From: Bacteroidaceae bacterium
Lineage (GTDB): Bacteria; Bacteroidota; Bacteroidia; Bacteroidales; Bacteroidaceae
Assembly: GCA_017960825.1 (NCBI GenBank)
Contig: JAGCYL010000005.1
Span: forward strand, 1-44,418
Direction of reading: 5' to 3'
Length of the DNA: 44,418 bases
In this document: positions 44,199 through 44,418 of the stretch, piece by piece
How positions within the stretch are numbered: position 1 is the stretch's first letter
Layout of the letters: each line of letters starts with the position of its first letter
Program-made: the position numbers and the translations under genes
The notes under the pieces: generated by a model
The model's database searches: none
What the model saw: only the letters and a program-made list of their open reading frames with translations
Told to the model about the DNA's origin: nothing

Positions 44199-44418
44199 TC
44201 AGATGACCCGTGAGATTGTAAAGGGATTCGACTCGAAACTCTTTATCACCCTTCTTTGTATGGTTCTACCAAGCACATCCACCAACTGCCGCAGTTCGCC
44301 AATCTGCTCATGGCGCAACCGCTCGTTTACAGCATAACCTTTGACAAGATACTCCTTCAATACCCTGTTGGCCCACTGGCGGAACTGAACGCCCCGTTTG
44401 CTCTTCACGCGATACCCC
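44199..44418 (-). pseudogene. RhuM-family (virulence protein RhuM-like) gene fragment; N-terminus outside window, C-terminal part missing
   Basis: The minus-strand frame is open to the window edge and reads GYRVKSKRGVQFRQWANRVLKEYLVKGYAVNERL..., the conserved RhuM core. It stops about 45 aa later, whereas family members as I recall them continue for more than 100 aa. Confidence 0.5.

Overview
This 44.4-kb window reads as a core-chromosome segment of a Bacteroidales genome, probably Prevotella/Segatella-like; that taxon is my inference, not a search result. The inference rests on T9SS C-terminal sorting domains, TAnnTTTG(CA) -7 promoter boxes 20-35 nt upstream of many start codons, and Bacteroidota-typical families (PorZ-like, DUF4294, DUF2851, YitT). 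About 33 protein genes are supportable. Most are housekeeping: leuS, rdgB, tyrS, nadA, dapB, lepB, ychF, lgt, mnmG, uvrC, dtd, deoC, polA, a polyprenyl synthase and dprA. I saw no tRNA, rRNA, CRISPR array, transposase or integrase. Six things are not explained by the gene list. (1) A 562-bp AT-rich gene-free gap (15067-15628) is dense in DnaA-box matches and is a candidate oriC. (2) A perfect consensus parS palindrome, TGTTTCACGTGAAACA, sits with flanking half-sites between mnmG and uvrC. (3) A family of tandem arrays with a 21-22-bp period and a palindromic core lies upstream of promoters (1046-1213, 43964-44089, and a diverged inverted relative at 29119-29250). (4) A small AT-rich two-gene islet (PD-(D/E)XK nuclease plus an unknown membrane-anchored protein) follows a roughly 300-nt structured leader or sRNA candidate. 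(5) A T9SS cargo protein carries recurring Met-rich MMSMxGGG loops, and a 50-aa acidic ORF missed by the ORF track follows it. (6) Short 14-nt TTGAACAT-type repeats overlap start codons. All calls come from reading the sequence and from family knowledge. No database search or computation was run, and none of the hunt items is proven.
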